Both the position numbers and the translations under genes were made by a program. Below are positions 30,282-41,459 of a DNA stretch of 62,019 bases, piece after piece. The stretch spans positions 1 through 62,019 of the forward strand of contig JAJUJZ010000003.1 in assembly GCA_029265075.1 (NCBI GenBank), written 5' to 3'. The first letter of the stretch is position 1. Each line of letters opens with the position of its first letter. Below the pieces are notes generated by a model that saw nothing but the letters and a program-made list of their open reading frames with translations, was not told the origin of the DNA and did not search any database. Source of the stretch: Gammaproteobacteria bacterium (GTDB lineage: Bacteria; Pseudomonadota; Gammaproteobacteria; Pseudomonadales; CAMLJR01).

Positions 30282-30887
30282 TCAGGCCAGCCCTTCCGCC
30301 TGCAGCGCTTCCTGCACCTTGGGCCGCTCTCCAATGCGGTCGCGGAATGCTTTCAACGAGGGCCAGCGGTCGAGCGCAATATCATGATGCGCCGCCCAGC
30401 CGAGCATGACGAACAGGTAGGCGTCCACAGCCGTGTATTCGCGACCCATCAGATACTCGTTGTCGGCCAGATGCCGCTCGAAGTAATCGAAACGGGTGCC
30501 GATCCGGGCTACCACTTCTTCCCGCTCTTCCGCTGACAGCTGCTTGACGAAGAGTGGCGTGAAGCTTTTGTGCAGCTCAGTAGCGATCAGGTTCAGCCAC
30601 GCCTGGAAGCGGTAGCGCTCAAACGAGATCGGCGACGGCACCAGACCAGCCATGGGGGCCTGGTCCCCCGCGTACTGCATGATCGCCGCCCCTTCGGTCA
30701 GCACTTCGCCATTGTCGAACTGTAGCGCCGGCACATAGCCAAGCGGATTGATTTCTGTGAAATCGTGGCCGTCCTCAGTCTTTTTGGTGCGGCCGTCGAC
30801 CTTGACCAGCTCCACGGGAATCAGCGCCTCGCGCAGCACGATGTGAGAAGCGAGCGAGCATGCACCGGGCATGTAATAGAGTTTCAT
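30282..30887 (-). CDS. Glutathione S-transferase (beta/GstA-like)
   Basis: MKLYYMPGACSLASHIVL N-terminus with catalytic Cys/Ser region. 201 aa. AAGGAG SD. Start trimmed to ATG 30887. Confidence 0.9.
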   Translation of the reverse strand: MKLYYMPGACSLASHIVLREALIPVELVKVDGRTKKTEDGHDFTEINPLGYVPALQFDNGEVLTEGAAIMQYAGDQAPMAGLVPSPISFERYRFQAWLNLIATELHKSFTPLFVKQLSAEEREEVVARIGTRFDYFERHLADNEYLMGREYTAVDAYLFVMLGWAAHHDIALDRWPSLKAFRDRIGERPKVQEALQAEGLA

Positions 30888-30981
30888 GAATGACTCCTTT
30901 TTTGAGCCTGTTCGATGTGACAGGCGAATGAGTAGCCGAGCCATTTGACCACAGCCAGCCCCTTTCGCTCGACCGAAGACC

Positions 30982-30998
30982 GGAATTACGGTAATTCC
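30982..30998. promoter_or_regulatory. Perfect 17-bp palindrome GGAATTAC-G-GTAATTCC in the gst/ygiQ divergent region
   Basis: Read directly. AT-rich in a GC-rich genome. Lies 27 nt upstream of a TATAAT hexamer at 31025-31030. Confidence 0.35.
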
Positions 30999-31024
30999 CA
31001 GCGGGCAAGGAGCGCCGGTTGCCG

Positions 31025-31030
31025 TATAAT
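31025..31030 (+). promoter_or_regulatory. Consensus -10 hexamer TATAAT upstream of ygiQ
   Basis: 32 nt upstream of the ygiQ ATG. No good -35 seen. Confidence 0.35.
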
Positions 31031-31061
31031 GCGCGACCAATTCCGACCAAGTTACTCAAGC

Positions 31062-33326
<2,265 letters not shown>

Positions 33327-33345
33327 CCGCTAAAGGCTGCCCAAC

Positions 33346-33371
33346 AAAAAACCCGCCGCAGCGGGTTTTTT
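33346..33371. terminator. Bidirectional rho-independent terminator between convergent ygiQ and a lipoprotein gene
   Basis: AAAAAA-CCCGC-CGCA-GCGGG-TTTTTT. Confidence 0.85.
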
Positions 33372-33389
33372 GTTGCATTACTGTCCAAG

Positions 33390-33773
33390 TCAGCCGGCTG
33401 GCACATCGCTTTCCGCCGGTGTATCAGGCTGCGCATCGCCATCCATCAGCTCGTGTTCACCGCTGTGATCCATCTCGACATCACCCTGACCGGCATCGTC
33501 ATCCGCGGGCGTGTTGATGTCGACATCGGGAACCGTGATTGTGCGTTCTTCCGAATTAACGTCCACATCGACGTCCGGCACCGTCACCCGACGCTCTTCC
33601 ATATTGACGTCTACATCAGGCCCCTTGACGTCGTATTCAGGCAGCTTACCGCCTTCCACACTGACGTCAGGCAGCTCGCCCTCTTCGGTCTTCTCCACTT
33701 CGCAGCCAGCCATGCCCAGCGCCGCGACCAGCAGGGCCCCCGGCACCAGATGAGTAAAGCGCAACCGTTTCAT
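33390..33773 (-). CDS. Acidic repeat-containing lipoprotein, 127 aa
   Basis: Lipobox LGMAGC after a signal peptide. GGAGGTG SD. Repeats VPDVDVDVN-EER-TV. Start trimmed to ATG 33773. Confidence 0.6.
   Translation of the reverse strand: MKRLRFTHLVPGALLVAALGMAGCEVEKTEEGELPDVSVEGGKLPEYDVKGPDVDVNMEERRVTVPDVDVDVNSEERTITVPDVDINTPADDDAGQGDVEMDHSGEHELMDGDAQPDTPAESDVPAG
33507..33620 (-). repeat. Imperfect in-frame tandem repeat encoding PDVDV(DV)N-x-EER-x-(I)TV, 2.5 copies
   Basis: Protein residues 52-89: PDVDVNMEERRVTV / PDVDVDVNSEERTITV / PDVDINTP. Confidence 0.6.
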
Positions 33774-33925
33774 CGATTCACCTCCGTTTGAGAAAGTGCA
33801 GTCACCTGCCAGGCTGACGCCGCGACAGCTCCGCTGCAGTTGGGGAACAGACCGCTGCGCTGGCCGACAGTTCAACGGCCGCCGGCCCCGCTTTACGCTT
33901 TCGGACAGCGCCTTGTTCGCCTGCG

Positions 33926-34306
33926 TTACGGCTGGGGCGGAGCCTGCGTCCCTTGTTCGGGCGTTACCGCGTCGTGCAGAGGCTCCTCGGCCGGCAGCTG
34001 ATCAGAGTCCGGAACATCCATCCGGTCATCCCATGCATCGCCCGTACCGGTACCACGCATATCGTCATTGATGCCACCTGCACCTGCAGGCTCATCCATT
34101 GCCGGGCGCCGCTGATCCATAGTGTCAGATTCACTGTAAGGCGTTGTGCTGCGCTGAGCCGGATCCTCATAAGTGCCGGCGCCAGTCCCCATGCCCTCTT
34201 CTTCAACACCACCCATGCCGTCATTACCGCCATCACACGCTACCAGACCCAGTGATACCATCAGTATCAGGCCCGGAGCCACACGGCGCAGTTCGTTACG
34301 AATCAT
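33926..34306 (-). CDS. Acidic low-complexity lipoprotein, 126 aa
   Basis: Lipobox LGLVAC. GGAGGTGG SD. The mature part is rich in D/E/G/M/T/P. Confidence 0.55.
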   Translation of the reverse strand: MIRNELRRVAPGLILMVSLGLVACDGGNDGMGGVEEEGMGTGAGTYEDPAQRSTTPYSESDTMDQRRPAMDEPAGAGGINDDMRGTGTGDAWDDRMDVPDSDQLPAEEPLHDAVTPEQGTQAPPQP

Positions 34307-34489
34307 GATTCCACCTCCATCGAGACACTCTCCTTATCGGGCCGATCACAGCTGCCGACCGCCCGTGCTACAGAGGAGACCGTTACCGCTGCGGCCGGTT
34401 CACCACGCCGGTGCCGGGCAAGCGACACAACCAGCATTTTTGAAAAGATGTGAGCCGCTGAAGACAAGTGATCATTCGTTACGGATGAG

Positions 34490-34954
34490 TCAGAGAGGTC
34501 GGGCGACCATCAGCCAGAAGATGATGAGAAACGCTATGAGTGCGGGAATGCCAAGCGCGACCCAGAGATAAAAGCAACGCCAGAATTCGCGCGGCAAAGG
34601 CTCGCCCAGGCGTGCAGCTGCCTGAGCTGAATTCCGCATCCGTATCTGCAGCCAGACCACTGGCAGCCAGCAGCCAATCGCGATCACGTAGAGCACGATC
34701 GACCATTGCAGCCAGCGGGCGCTCAATGGATGCCCCAGCAGATGCACCAGATAGATTCCGCTAAGGGGCTGCAGTACCACCGTGGTCGCTGTAAACAGCC
34801 AGTCCGCCCGCACTACCAGCTGTGCGACACCGGCTACAACCGTCGTGTTGCGCTGCAACGTACTGAAGAAGAGATAGAACGATGAGCCCACTCCGGTTCC
34901 GAACAGAAACGTTGAAAACAGAATATGCAGCCACTTTGCAATCAGGTATTCCAA
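34490..34954 (-). CDS. Four-TM integral membrane protein (DUF2269-like)
   Basis: Hydropathy pattern and KWLHILFSTFLFGTGVG N-terminus. Overlaps the upstream gene by 13 nt. Confidence 0.55.
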   Translation of the reverse strand: MEYLIAKWLHILFSTFLFGTGVGSSFYLFFSTLQRNTTVVAGVAQLVVRADWLFTATTVVLQPLSGIYLVHLLGHPLSARWLQWSIVLYVIAIGCWLPVVWLQIRMRNSAQAAARLGEPLPREFWRCFYLWVALGIPALIAFLIIFWLMVARPL

Positions 34955-36234
34955 CGTCGCCCCTCCAGCTCCATCAGCAGCAGAATGCCAGCCAGCATCG
35001 GCAGATTTTTAACGATCGGTCCATAGGGGTGAGCCCAGAACTCAGGCAGCGCGATGCTGATAACCAGTGTGTAGAACACGATTAGCGCAATTTGCAGCTG
35101 CCACAGCCAGCGCCGGCGCCAGAGTGTCAGCGTGGCAACACCGAGCGCGAGATCGAAAGCCGCAGCACCATAGAACAGCAGCCACGCCAGAGCACCCGTC
35201 GCGCCGGTCGCTGCCAGCAGCCGCAGGCTTTGTTCAACCGGGTAAATACCCAGGGACACGATGCCCGCGGTAAACCAGACCAGAGCAATCGCGTAACGCA
35301 GCAGCGGTAGCAGCCAGCAGAGTCTCGCTTCCAATGAAGCAAGCCTGCGCTCGGTCGGCTCAAGAAAATGCGACACGGGGCGCGGCGCTGCCCCCAGCAG
35401 CCGGCTGAAAGCCGCCGGGTCGGCGTAACTGCCCTCCGCCAGCATTGACAGAGAATCGCTGCTGACGAATTCCCTGATGCCGGGCAGGCGACTGCCGAGC
35501 CGGACCAGTGCCAGCGGTAACGGAATCACCGGAGCGGGCTGCAATCCGAGCAGCGACCGCAGCGCGCTGAGGTAACCGCGCAGCTGAAGCGCTTCTGGTC
35601 CGACGGCCGCGATAATGCCACGATCATCACTCACCAGCGCATTGACGACGGCACAGCAAAGATCGCCACGATGTACTGGCTGCACCTGCTGCCTGCCCTC
35701 CCCCGGCACCATTATCAGCGGCATTGCAGCCAGCTGCATGAACAGCCGGGCACTGGGACCCTCCCGATCGAAAACCAGAGACGGACGCAACACCAGTGCA
35801 TCGGGTCGCAACGCCAGCAGGAAGTCATCGGCGCAATATTTACTGCGAAGAAAGGGTGGCGCGAGGTCGCCGGTCACGCCCAGCGCCGAGATCTGGATAA
35901 TACGCCGCACGCCGCATTCAGCCGCTGCGGTGAACAGCGCCTGCGGTGCTCTGGTGTGAATGGCATCAAAGGTGCTGTGCGACGTTTCAGTGAAGATGCC
36001 GGCAGCGTTGATCACTGCGTCGACCCCTGCCAGCCGCGGTCGCCAGACGGCCGGTTCTAGATCCCGCATCAGATCTGCCCGCATGAACCGGAGCGCCGCT
36101 CCTTGGTACTGGCCGTTCACAATGCCTGCCGGCGGACGCCGCCCAATAGCAATGACGGCGTGCCCGGCAGCCAGCAGACCGGCCAGCAGGGCTTCGCCGA
36201 TAAAGCCGCTGGCGCCTGTCAGCAACACAACCAT
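34942..36234 (-). CDS. NAD(P)-binding SDR/epimerase domain fused to a C-terminal DoxX-like four-TM domain
   Basis: Rossmann motif LLTGASGFIGEAL at the N-terminus. C-terminal 130 aa are hydrophobic and DoxX-like. Start trimmed to ATG 36234. Confidence 0.75.
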   Translation of the reverse strand: MVVLLTGASGFIGEALLAGLLAAGHAVIAIGRRPPAGIVNGQYQGAALRFMRADLMRDLEPAVWRPRLAGVDAVINAAGIFTETSHSTFDAIHTRAPQALFTAAAECGVRRIIQISALGVTGDLAPPFLRSKYCADDFLLALRPDALVLRPSLVFDREGPSARLFMQLAAMPLIMVPGEGRQQVQPVHRGDLCCAVVNALVSDDRGIIAAVGPEALQLRGYLSALRSLLGLQPAPVIPLPLALVRLGSRLPGIREFVSSDSLSMLAEGSYADPAAFSRLLGAAPRPVSHFLEPTERRLASLEARLCWLLPLLRYAIALVWFTAGIVSLGIYPVEQSLRLLAATGATGALAWLLFYGAAAFDLALGVATLTLWRRRWLWQLQIALIVFYTLVISIALPEFWAHPYGPIVKNLPMLAGILLLMELEGRRWNT

Positions 36235-36402
36235 TGGTTTCCCCGCAAGGCGAGCGACGCCCGCCACGGCCACTAAGCACAATTGTCAGAACCGGAACCG
36301 GTGACTGGCAGGCCAGTCCTATCCTGCGGCCAGACCCAAACAGCAACCCGCGTCCGGCTTTTATCTGATGTCGTGACGACACGATTCGCAGGGAGTTCCA
36401 CC

Positions 36403-36891
36403 ATGCCCCTCCGCAGCACACCATCCCGTTGCATAATCACGCACGAGATGATTGCCGGCTCGCTGGCGAGCATCGCTTCCACCTGGATGATTGTACGTCG
36501 CAGCCAGCGCGACAGTGGCGACTGCTTTTGTGGCACCAACGCCACCAGCCACTGGCTGTGGGGTGAACGCGCGCTTCACCAGCACGGTGCCAGCGCACGC
36601 TACACAGCGCTGGGTTATCTGATCCACCACATCTGTGCGATGTTCTGGGGCTGCATCTATGTCAGCTGGTTACAGGGCACAGGTGATCGCCGCGTGGCGC
36701 CACGGGGAGGCGAGATTGGCACCAAGGCGATGACAGTGGCGGCGCTGGCAGCCACAGTGGATTACACCGCCACGCCACAACGCCTCACGCCGGGCTTCGA
36801 GCGCCACCTGTCGCTGCGCTCGATGGGCTGGGTTTATCTGAGTTTTGGTGCCGCGCTGGCGGCCTCGACACTGTTCCTGACGAAGCGATAA
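36403..36891 (+). CDS. Hypothetical membrane protein
   Basis: ATG with GGGAG upstream. Several hydrophobic segments. No family recognised. The start is uncertain (ORF track 36283). Confidence 0.4.
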   Translation: MPLRSTPSRCIITHEMIAGSLASIASTWMIVRRSQRDSGDCFCGTNATSHWLWGERALHQHGASARYTALGYLIHHICAMFWGCIYVSWLQGTGDRRVAPRGGEIGTKAMTVAALAATVDYTATPQRLTPGFERHLSLRSMGWVYLSFGAALAASTLFLTKR

Positions 36892-36943
36892 CAGAGGCGC
36901 TGGACGCCTCAGAGGGCGCCCAGCCGGCGAACCGTCCGGAGGA

Positions 36944-38434
36944 TCAGCTCTGCGGGCGCATGTGCGGGAACAGCAGCACATCGCGAATGGAGGGTGAGTT
37001 GGTGAACAGCATCACCAGCCGGTCGATGCCGATGCCTTCACCGGCAGTCGGCGGCAACCCATATTCGAGGGCCGTGATGTAATCGGCATCGAAATACATC
37101 GCCTCGTCATCGCCCGCCTCTTTCTCCCGCACCTGCGCATGAAAACGCTCGGCCTGATCTTCGGGGTCGTTGAGCTCCGAGAACCCGTTGGCGATTTCGC
37201 GGCCACCGATGAAAAACTCAAACCGGTCGGTCACGAACGGATCGTCGTCACTGCGACGCGCCAGCGGCGAGACCTCGGTCGGATAGTGCGTAATGAAGGT
37301 CGGCTGCACCAGTTTGTCTTCAACCGTTGCTTCGAAGATTTCGATCTGGATCCGGCCCAGGCCCCAGGTCTCCTTCACCTCGATACCGAGCCGGGCCGCG
37401 ACGGCCTTCGCGCTCTCGATATCGCGCAGCTGTTCGGCGGTGATGTCGGGGTTGTAGTGCAGGATGGAGTCGAACACGCTCATACGCGTGAACGGCTTGC
37501 CGAAATCAAATTGCGTGCCCTGATAATCCACCACCGTGGTGCCCAGCACCCGTTCCGCGCAATATCGCAGCATTTCCTCGGTGAGGTCCATCAGATCCTC
37601 GTAATCCGCATAGGCCTGATAGAACTCGATCATGGTGAACTCGGGGTTGTGTCGCGTCGACAGCCCTTCGTTGCGGAAGTTACGGTTGATCTCGAACACG
37701 CGTTCGAACCCGCCCACCACCAGCCGCTTCAGGTAGAGCTCCGGCGAAATTCGCAGGAACATCTCCAGATCGAGCGCATTGTGATAGGTCACGAATGGTT
37801 TGGCGCTGGCGCCACCGGGGATGGCCTGCATCATCGGTGTCTCGACCTCGAGGAAGTCGCGGTCGGTGAGAAAATCGCGAATGGCGTCGATCAGCTGTGA
37901 GCGAATGCGGAACGCGCGGCGCACATCCTCATTCATGATCAGATCGATATAGCGTTGCCGATAGCGAATTTCCTGATCCTGGAGGCCATGGTATTTGTCG
38001 GGCAGCGGCCGCAGCGACTTGGTCAGCAGCTCCGCTTCTTCGATGTAGATATAAAGGTCGCCCTTGCCTGATTTGTGTACCGGACCGGCGACACCGACGA
38101 TGTCGCCAATATCCCAGTTCCTGATTTCACCGGCCAGCGCTTCCGGCAGCTTTTTCTTGTCTACGTAAGCCTGGATGCGCCCGGTCATGTCCTGCAGCAC
38201 CAGGAACGGACCGCGCATCGCCATGATACGTCCGGCTACCCGCGCCGGGCGATTGAGCGCTTCCAGCTCCTCCTTGGATTTATCACCAAGCTCCCGCTGC
38301 AGCGCTTCAGCGTAGCTGTCGCGCCGGAAGGTATTGGGAAAGGCATTGCGCTGCTGGCGGATGGCAGCCAGCTTGGCGCGACGCTCGGCAATCAGCTTGT
38401 TTTCATCCGAATGGAGGTTATGCTCGTCGCTCAT
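36944..38434 (-). CDS. lysS: Lysyl-tRNA synthetase (class II)
   Basis: Full-length similarity to LysS, including [14 protein letters not shown] and [17 protein letters not shown]. Confidence 0.95.
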   Translation of the reverse strand: MSDEHNLHSDENKLIAERRAKLAAIRQQRNAFPNTFRRDSYAEALQRELGDKSKEELEALNRPARVAGRIMAMRGPFLVLQDMTGRIQAYVDKKKLPEALAGEIRNWDIGDIVGVAGPVHKSGKGDLYIYIEEAELLTKSLRPLPDKYHGLQDQEIRYRQRYIDLIMNEDVRRAFRIRSQLIDAIRDFLTDRDFLEVETPMMQAIPGGASAKPFVTYHNALDLEMFLRISPELYLKRLVVGGFERVFEINRNFRNEGLSTRHNPEFTMIEFYQAYADYEDLMDLTEEMLRYCAERVLGTTVVDYQGTQFDFGKPFTRMSVFDSILHYNPDITAEQLRDIESAKAVAARLGIEVKETWGLGRIQIEIFEATVEDKLVQPTFITHYPTEVSPLARRSDDDPFVTDRFEFFIGGREIANGFSELNDPEDQAERFHAQVREKEAGDDEAMYFDADYITALEYGLPPTAGEGIGIDRLVMLFTNSPSIRDVLLFPHMRPQS

Positions 38435-38502
38435 GATGGTCTCTGATGGTCGAGGCGCTCAGGGGCGCAAAAATAGGTGGAAGATGGCAGGCACAGCAGG
38501 GG

Positions 38503-39601
38503 TCACAGCCCCTGCTTGAGCGACGCCACAATAAACTGATCGAGATCGCCGTCCAGCACAGCCTGGGTGTTGCTGGTCTGCACGTTGGTCCGCAGATCCT
38601 TGACCCGCGAATCATCCAGCACATAGGAGCGGATCTGGCTTCCCCAGCCAATGTCGGATTTGGAATCCTCCATCGCCTGCGCCGCCGCGTTGCGCTTCTG
38701 CATCTCCAGCTCATACAGGCGTGCGCGCAGCATTTTCCAGGCCCGGTCACGGTTCTGGTGCTGAGAGCGCTCGGTCTGGCACTGCACGACGATGTTGGTG
38801 GGCAGGTGGGTCAGCCGCACTGCGGAGTCGGTCTTGTTGACGTGCTGACCGCCCGCACCTGATGCGCGATAGGTGTCGGTGCGTACATCCGCCGGATTGA
38901 TATCGATCTCAATATCGTCGTCAATCTCGGGCGATACGAATACAGCGCAGAACGAGGTATGACGCCGGTTCCCGGAATCGAAGGGCGACTTGCGCACCAG
39001 CCGGTGCACGCCGATCTCGGTGCGCAGCCAGCCGAAGGCATACTCGCCCTGCACGTAGATGGTGGCGCCTTTGATGCCGGCCACCTCTCCTTCGGAAATT
39101 TCCACGATCTCGGTTTTGAAGCCTTTGTCCTCGGCCCAGCGCAGGTACATGCGCAGCACCATGCCGGCCCAGTCCTGCGCTTCGGTGCCGCCTGAGCCTG
39201 CCTGAATGTCGACAAAGCAGTTGTTGGCGTCTGCCTCGCCGGAAAACATCCGCCGGAACTCGAGATTCTCCAGCTCTCGTCCCAGCCGCTTCAGATCCTC
39301 GGCGACTGCCTCGACGGTACCCTCATCGCCCTCTGCCACCGCCATTTCCAGCAGTTCGGCAGCGTCGGCCAGACCGCTTTCCAGCGCATCGATGGTGTGT
39401 ACTACCGCCTCCAGCGACGCCCGCTCACGGCCGAGCTCCTGGGCGCGCTCGGGCTGATCCCAGACGCCGGGCTCGCTGAGTTCGAGCTCGACTTCGGTCA
39501 GTCGTTCTTTCCGGGTAGCGTAGTCAAAGATACCCCCTTAGCACCTTGGTGCGTTCGGAGTAGTCATTGATGGTGTTTTTGAGGGGATTGATTTCCAGCA
39601 T
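38503..39601 (-). CDS. prfB: Peptide chain release factor 2, with programmed +1 frameshift
   Basis: Frame 0 is [25 protein letters not shown]-stop (ATG 39601, TGA 39526-39524). The +1 frame continues [24 protein letters not shown]... into ORF 38503..39345 (frame arithmetic checked). SPF and GGQ motifs are present. Confidence 0.93.
39523..39538 (-). promoter_or_regulatory. prfB recoding site AGGGGG-UAU-CUU-UGA-C
   Basis: Canonical internal SD-like element followed by the CUU UGA C shift site. Confidence 0.9.
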
Positions 39602-39714
39602 GGGCAGGAAAAGCTCCGACAGAGTGCGAGAAAAGAGCAGAATTTTACCTGATTGCAGCCAGCTGCAGGAAGGGCAGGCCCGGTAGCGGTGCAGTTGCCG
39701 CGATCAGCCGGGGC

Positions 39715-41457
39715 TTACAGCGGCTCCAGATGCTCAACAATCAGTTGCACACTCTCCTGCCCGCGCCAGCGGTTGATATCGAGCCGGTAGGCAGCGCGCA
39801 CCCGCTGTACGGAGGCATCAGGCCAGCGCCTGAGATCAACATTGAAGGCGATGCCGTCCACCAGCCGTGCCCGGTCGCGCGGATCACCCAGCACCAGCTT
39901 GAGGTGTTTTTCGCCTACCAGCCGCTGCTGCACCAGCGTGAACTCCCCGTCGAACAGCGGCTCGGGGAAGTGCTGCCCCCACGGCCCGCCATCCTGAATG
40001 GCCTGCGCCAGTTCCAGATTCAGGTCGTCGAAGGCCAGCTCGCCGTCGCTCCACAGCACAGCGGTCAGATCGGCTTCCGTCAGTTGCATGCGGACCACCG
40101 CATCAAAGGCGTCGCGAAAATGGTCCACACGTTCGCGCCGCAGCGTCATGCCTGCAGCCATGGCATGGCCGCCGAACTTGCTGAGCAGGCCGCGGTGAGT
40201 CGCAGCCACCGCATCCAGCGCGTCGCGGATATGCAGACCCGTGATGGAGCGCGCCGAGCCCTTGACCATGCCCTCCTCCTCGCTGTCAGCGAACACAATG
40301 GTCGGGCGATGAAAACGGTCCTTGATGCGCGATGCCAGGATGCCAATCACGCCCTGATGCCATTCGGGCTGATAAAGGCAGAGCCCCCACGGCAGCGACT
40401 GCGCGTCGAGCTGGAGGGCATCGAGCGAAGCCAGCGCCTCACGCTGCATGCTGCTTTCGATAGCGCGCCGGTCGCGGTTCAGTTCGTCCAGCTGCTGTGC
40501 CATCGCCTCGGCCCGCACCGGATCGTCGGTAAGCAGACACTTTATGCCGAGTGACATGTCATCGAGTCGTCCGGCCGCATTGAGCCGGGGACCGACAGCA
40601 AAACCGAGATCACTGGCGACCAGCGCCCCCGGATCGCGTCGCGCTACGGCCAGCAAGGCGCTGATACCCGGGCGGCAACGACCCGCACGAATGCGCCGCA
40701 GGCCCTGCGCCACCAGCACACGGTTGTTGTGATCGAGCGGTACCACATCGGCGACCGTTCCCAGCGCGACGAGGTCAAGATAGTCCGCCATATTGGGCTC
40801 GGCCAGGCCGCGTTGTCGGAACCAGTCGCGCCGGCGCAGCTCGGCACGCACCGCCGTCATGACATAGAAGATGACGCCGACGCCAGCGAGATGCTTGCTG
40901 GGAAAGCCGCACTCAGGCTGGTTGGGATTGACGATGCAGGCTGCGTCGGGCAGTTCCGCGCCCGGCAGGTGGTGGTCGGTGATGAGCACCCTGATGCCCA
41001 GCGCATTGGCGGCAGCAACGCCTTCCAGACTGGAGATGCCATTATCGACCGTGATGATAAGGTCGGGCCGCATCTGTGCGGCGACGGCAACGATTTCCGG
41101 CGTAAGTCCGTAACCGTACTCGAAGCGGTTCGGCACCAGAAAATCGACATGGGCGGCCCCCATCGCCCGCAGTCCGAGCACCGCCAGCGCACAGGAGGTG
41201 GCGCCATCGGCATCGAAGTCGCCCAAGATGAGCACGCGCTCACCGCGCTCGACCGCATCGGCAACCAGTGCGCCCGCCACCGGCAGGCCCTTGAGCGCGG
41301 TCGGTGGGGCAAGCACCTTCAGATCGCGGGACAGCTGTCGCTCATCCTCGATGCCACGCGCGCGATAGAGACTGACCAGCAGTGGATGCAGGTCAGCCCA
41401 CGCCCCGGTTGCCGTGGTGGGGTGACAGACCACCTCACGACGACGAATTTTGCGCAT
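39715..41457 (-). CDS. recJ: Single-stranded-DNA-specific exonuclease RecJ
   Basis: DHH motifs (GDFDADG, ITDHH) and DHHA1 (GGHAMAAG). Confidence 0.93.
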   Translation of the reverse strand: MRKIRRREVVCHPTTATGAWADLHPLLVSLYRARGIEDERQLSRDLKVLAPPTALKGLPVAGALVADAVERGERVLILGDFDADGATSCALAVLGLRAMGAAHVDFLVPNRFEYGYGLTPEIVAVAAQMRPDLIITVDNGISSLEGVAAANALGIRVLITDHHLPGAELPDAACIVNPNQPECGFPSKHLAGVGVIFYVMTAVRAELRRRDWFRQRGLAEPNMADYLDLVALGTVADVVPLDHNNRVLVAQGLRRIRAGRCRPGISALLAVARRDPGALVASDLGFAVGPRLNAAGRLDDMSLGIKCLLTDDPVRAEAMAQQLDELNRDRRAIESSMQREALASLDALQLDAQSLPWGLCLYQPEWHQGVIGILASRIKDRFHRPTIVFADSEEEGMVKGSARSITGLHIRDALDAVAATHRGLLSKFGGHAMAAGMTLRRERVDHFRDAFDAVVRMQLTEADLTAVLWSDGELAFDDLNLELAQAIQDGGPWGQHFPEPLFDGEFTLVQQRLVGEKHLKLVLGDPRDRARLVDGIAFNVDLRRWPDASVQRVRAAYRLDINRWRGQESVQLIVEHLEPL

Positions 41458-41459
41458 TG

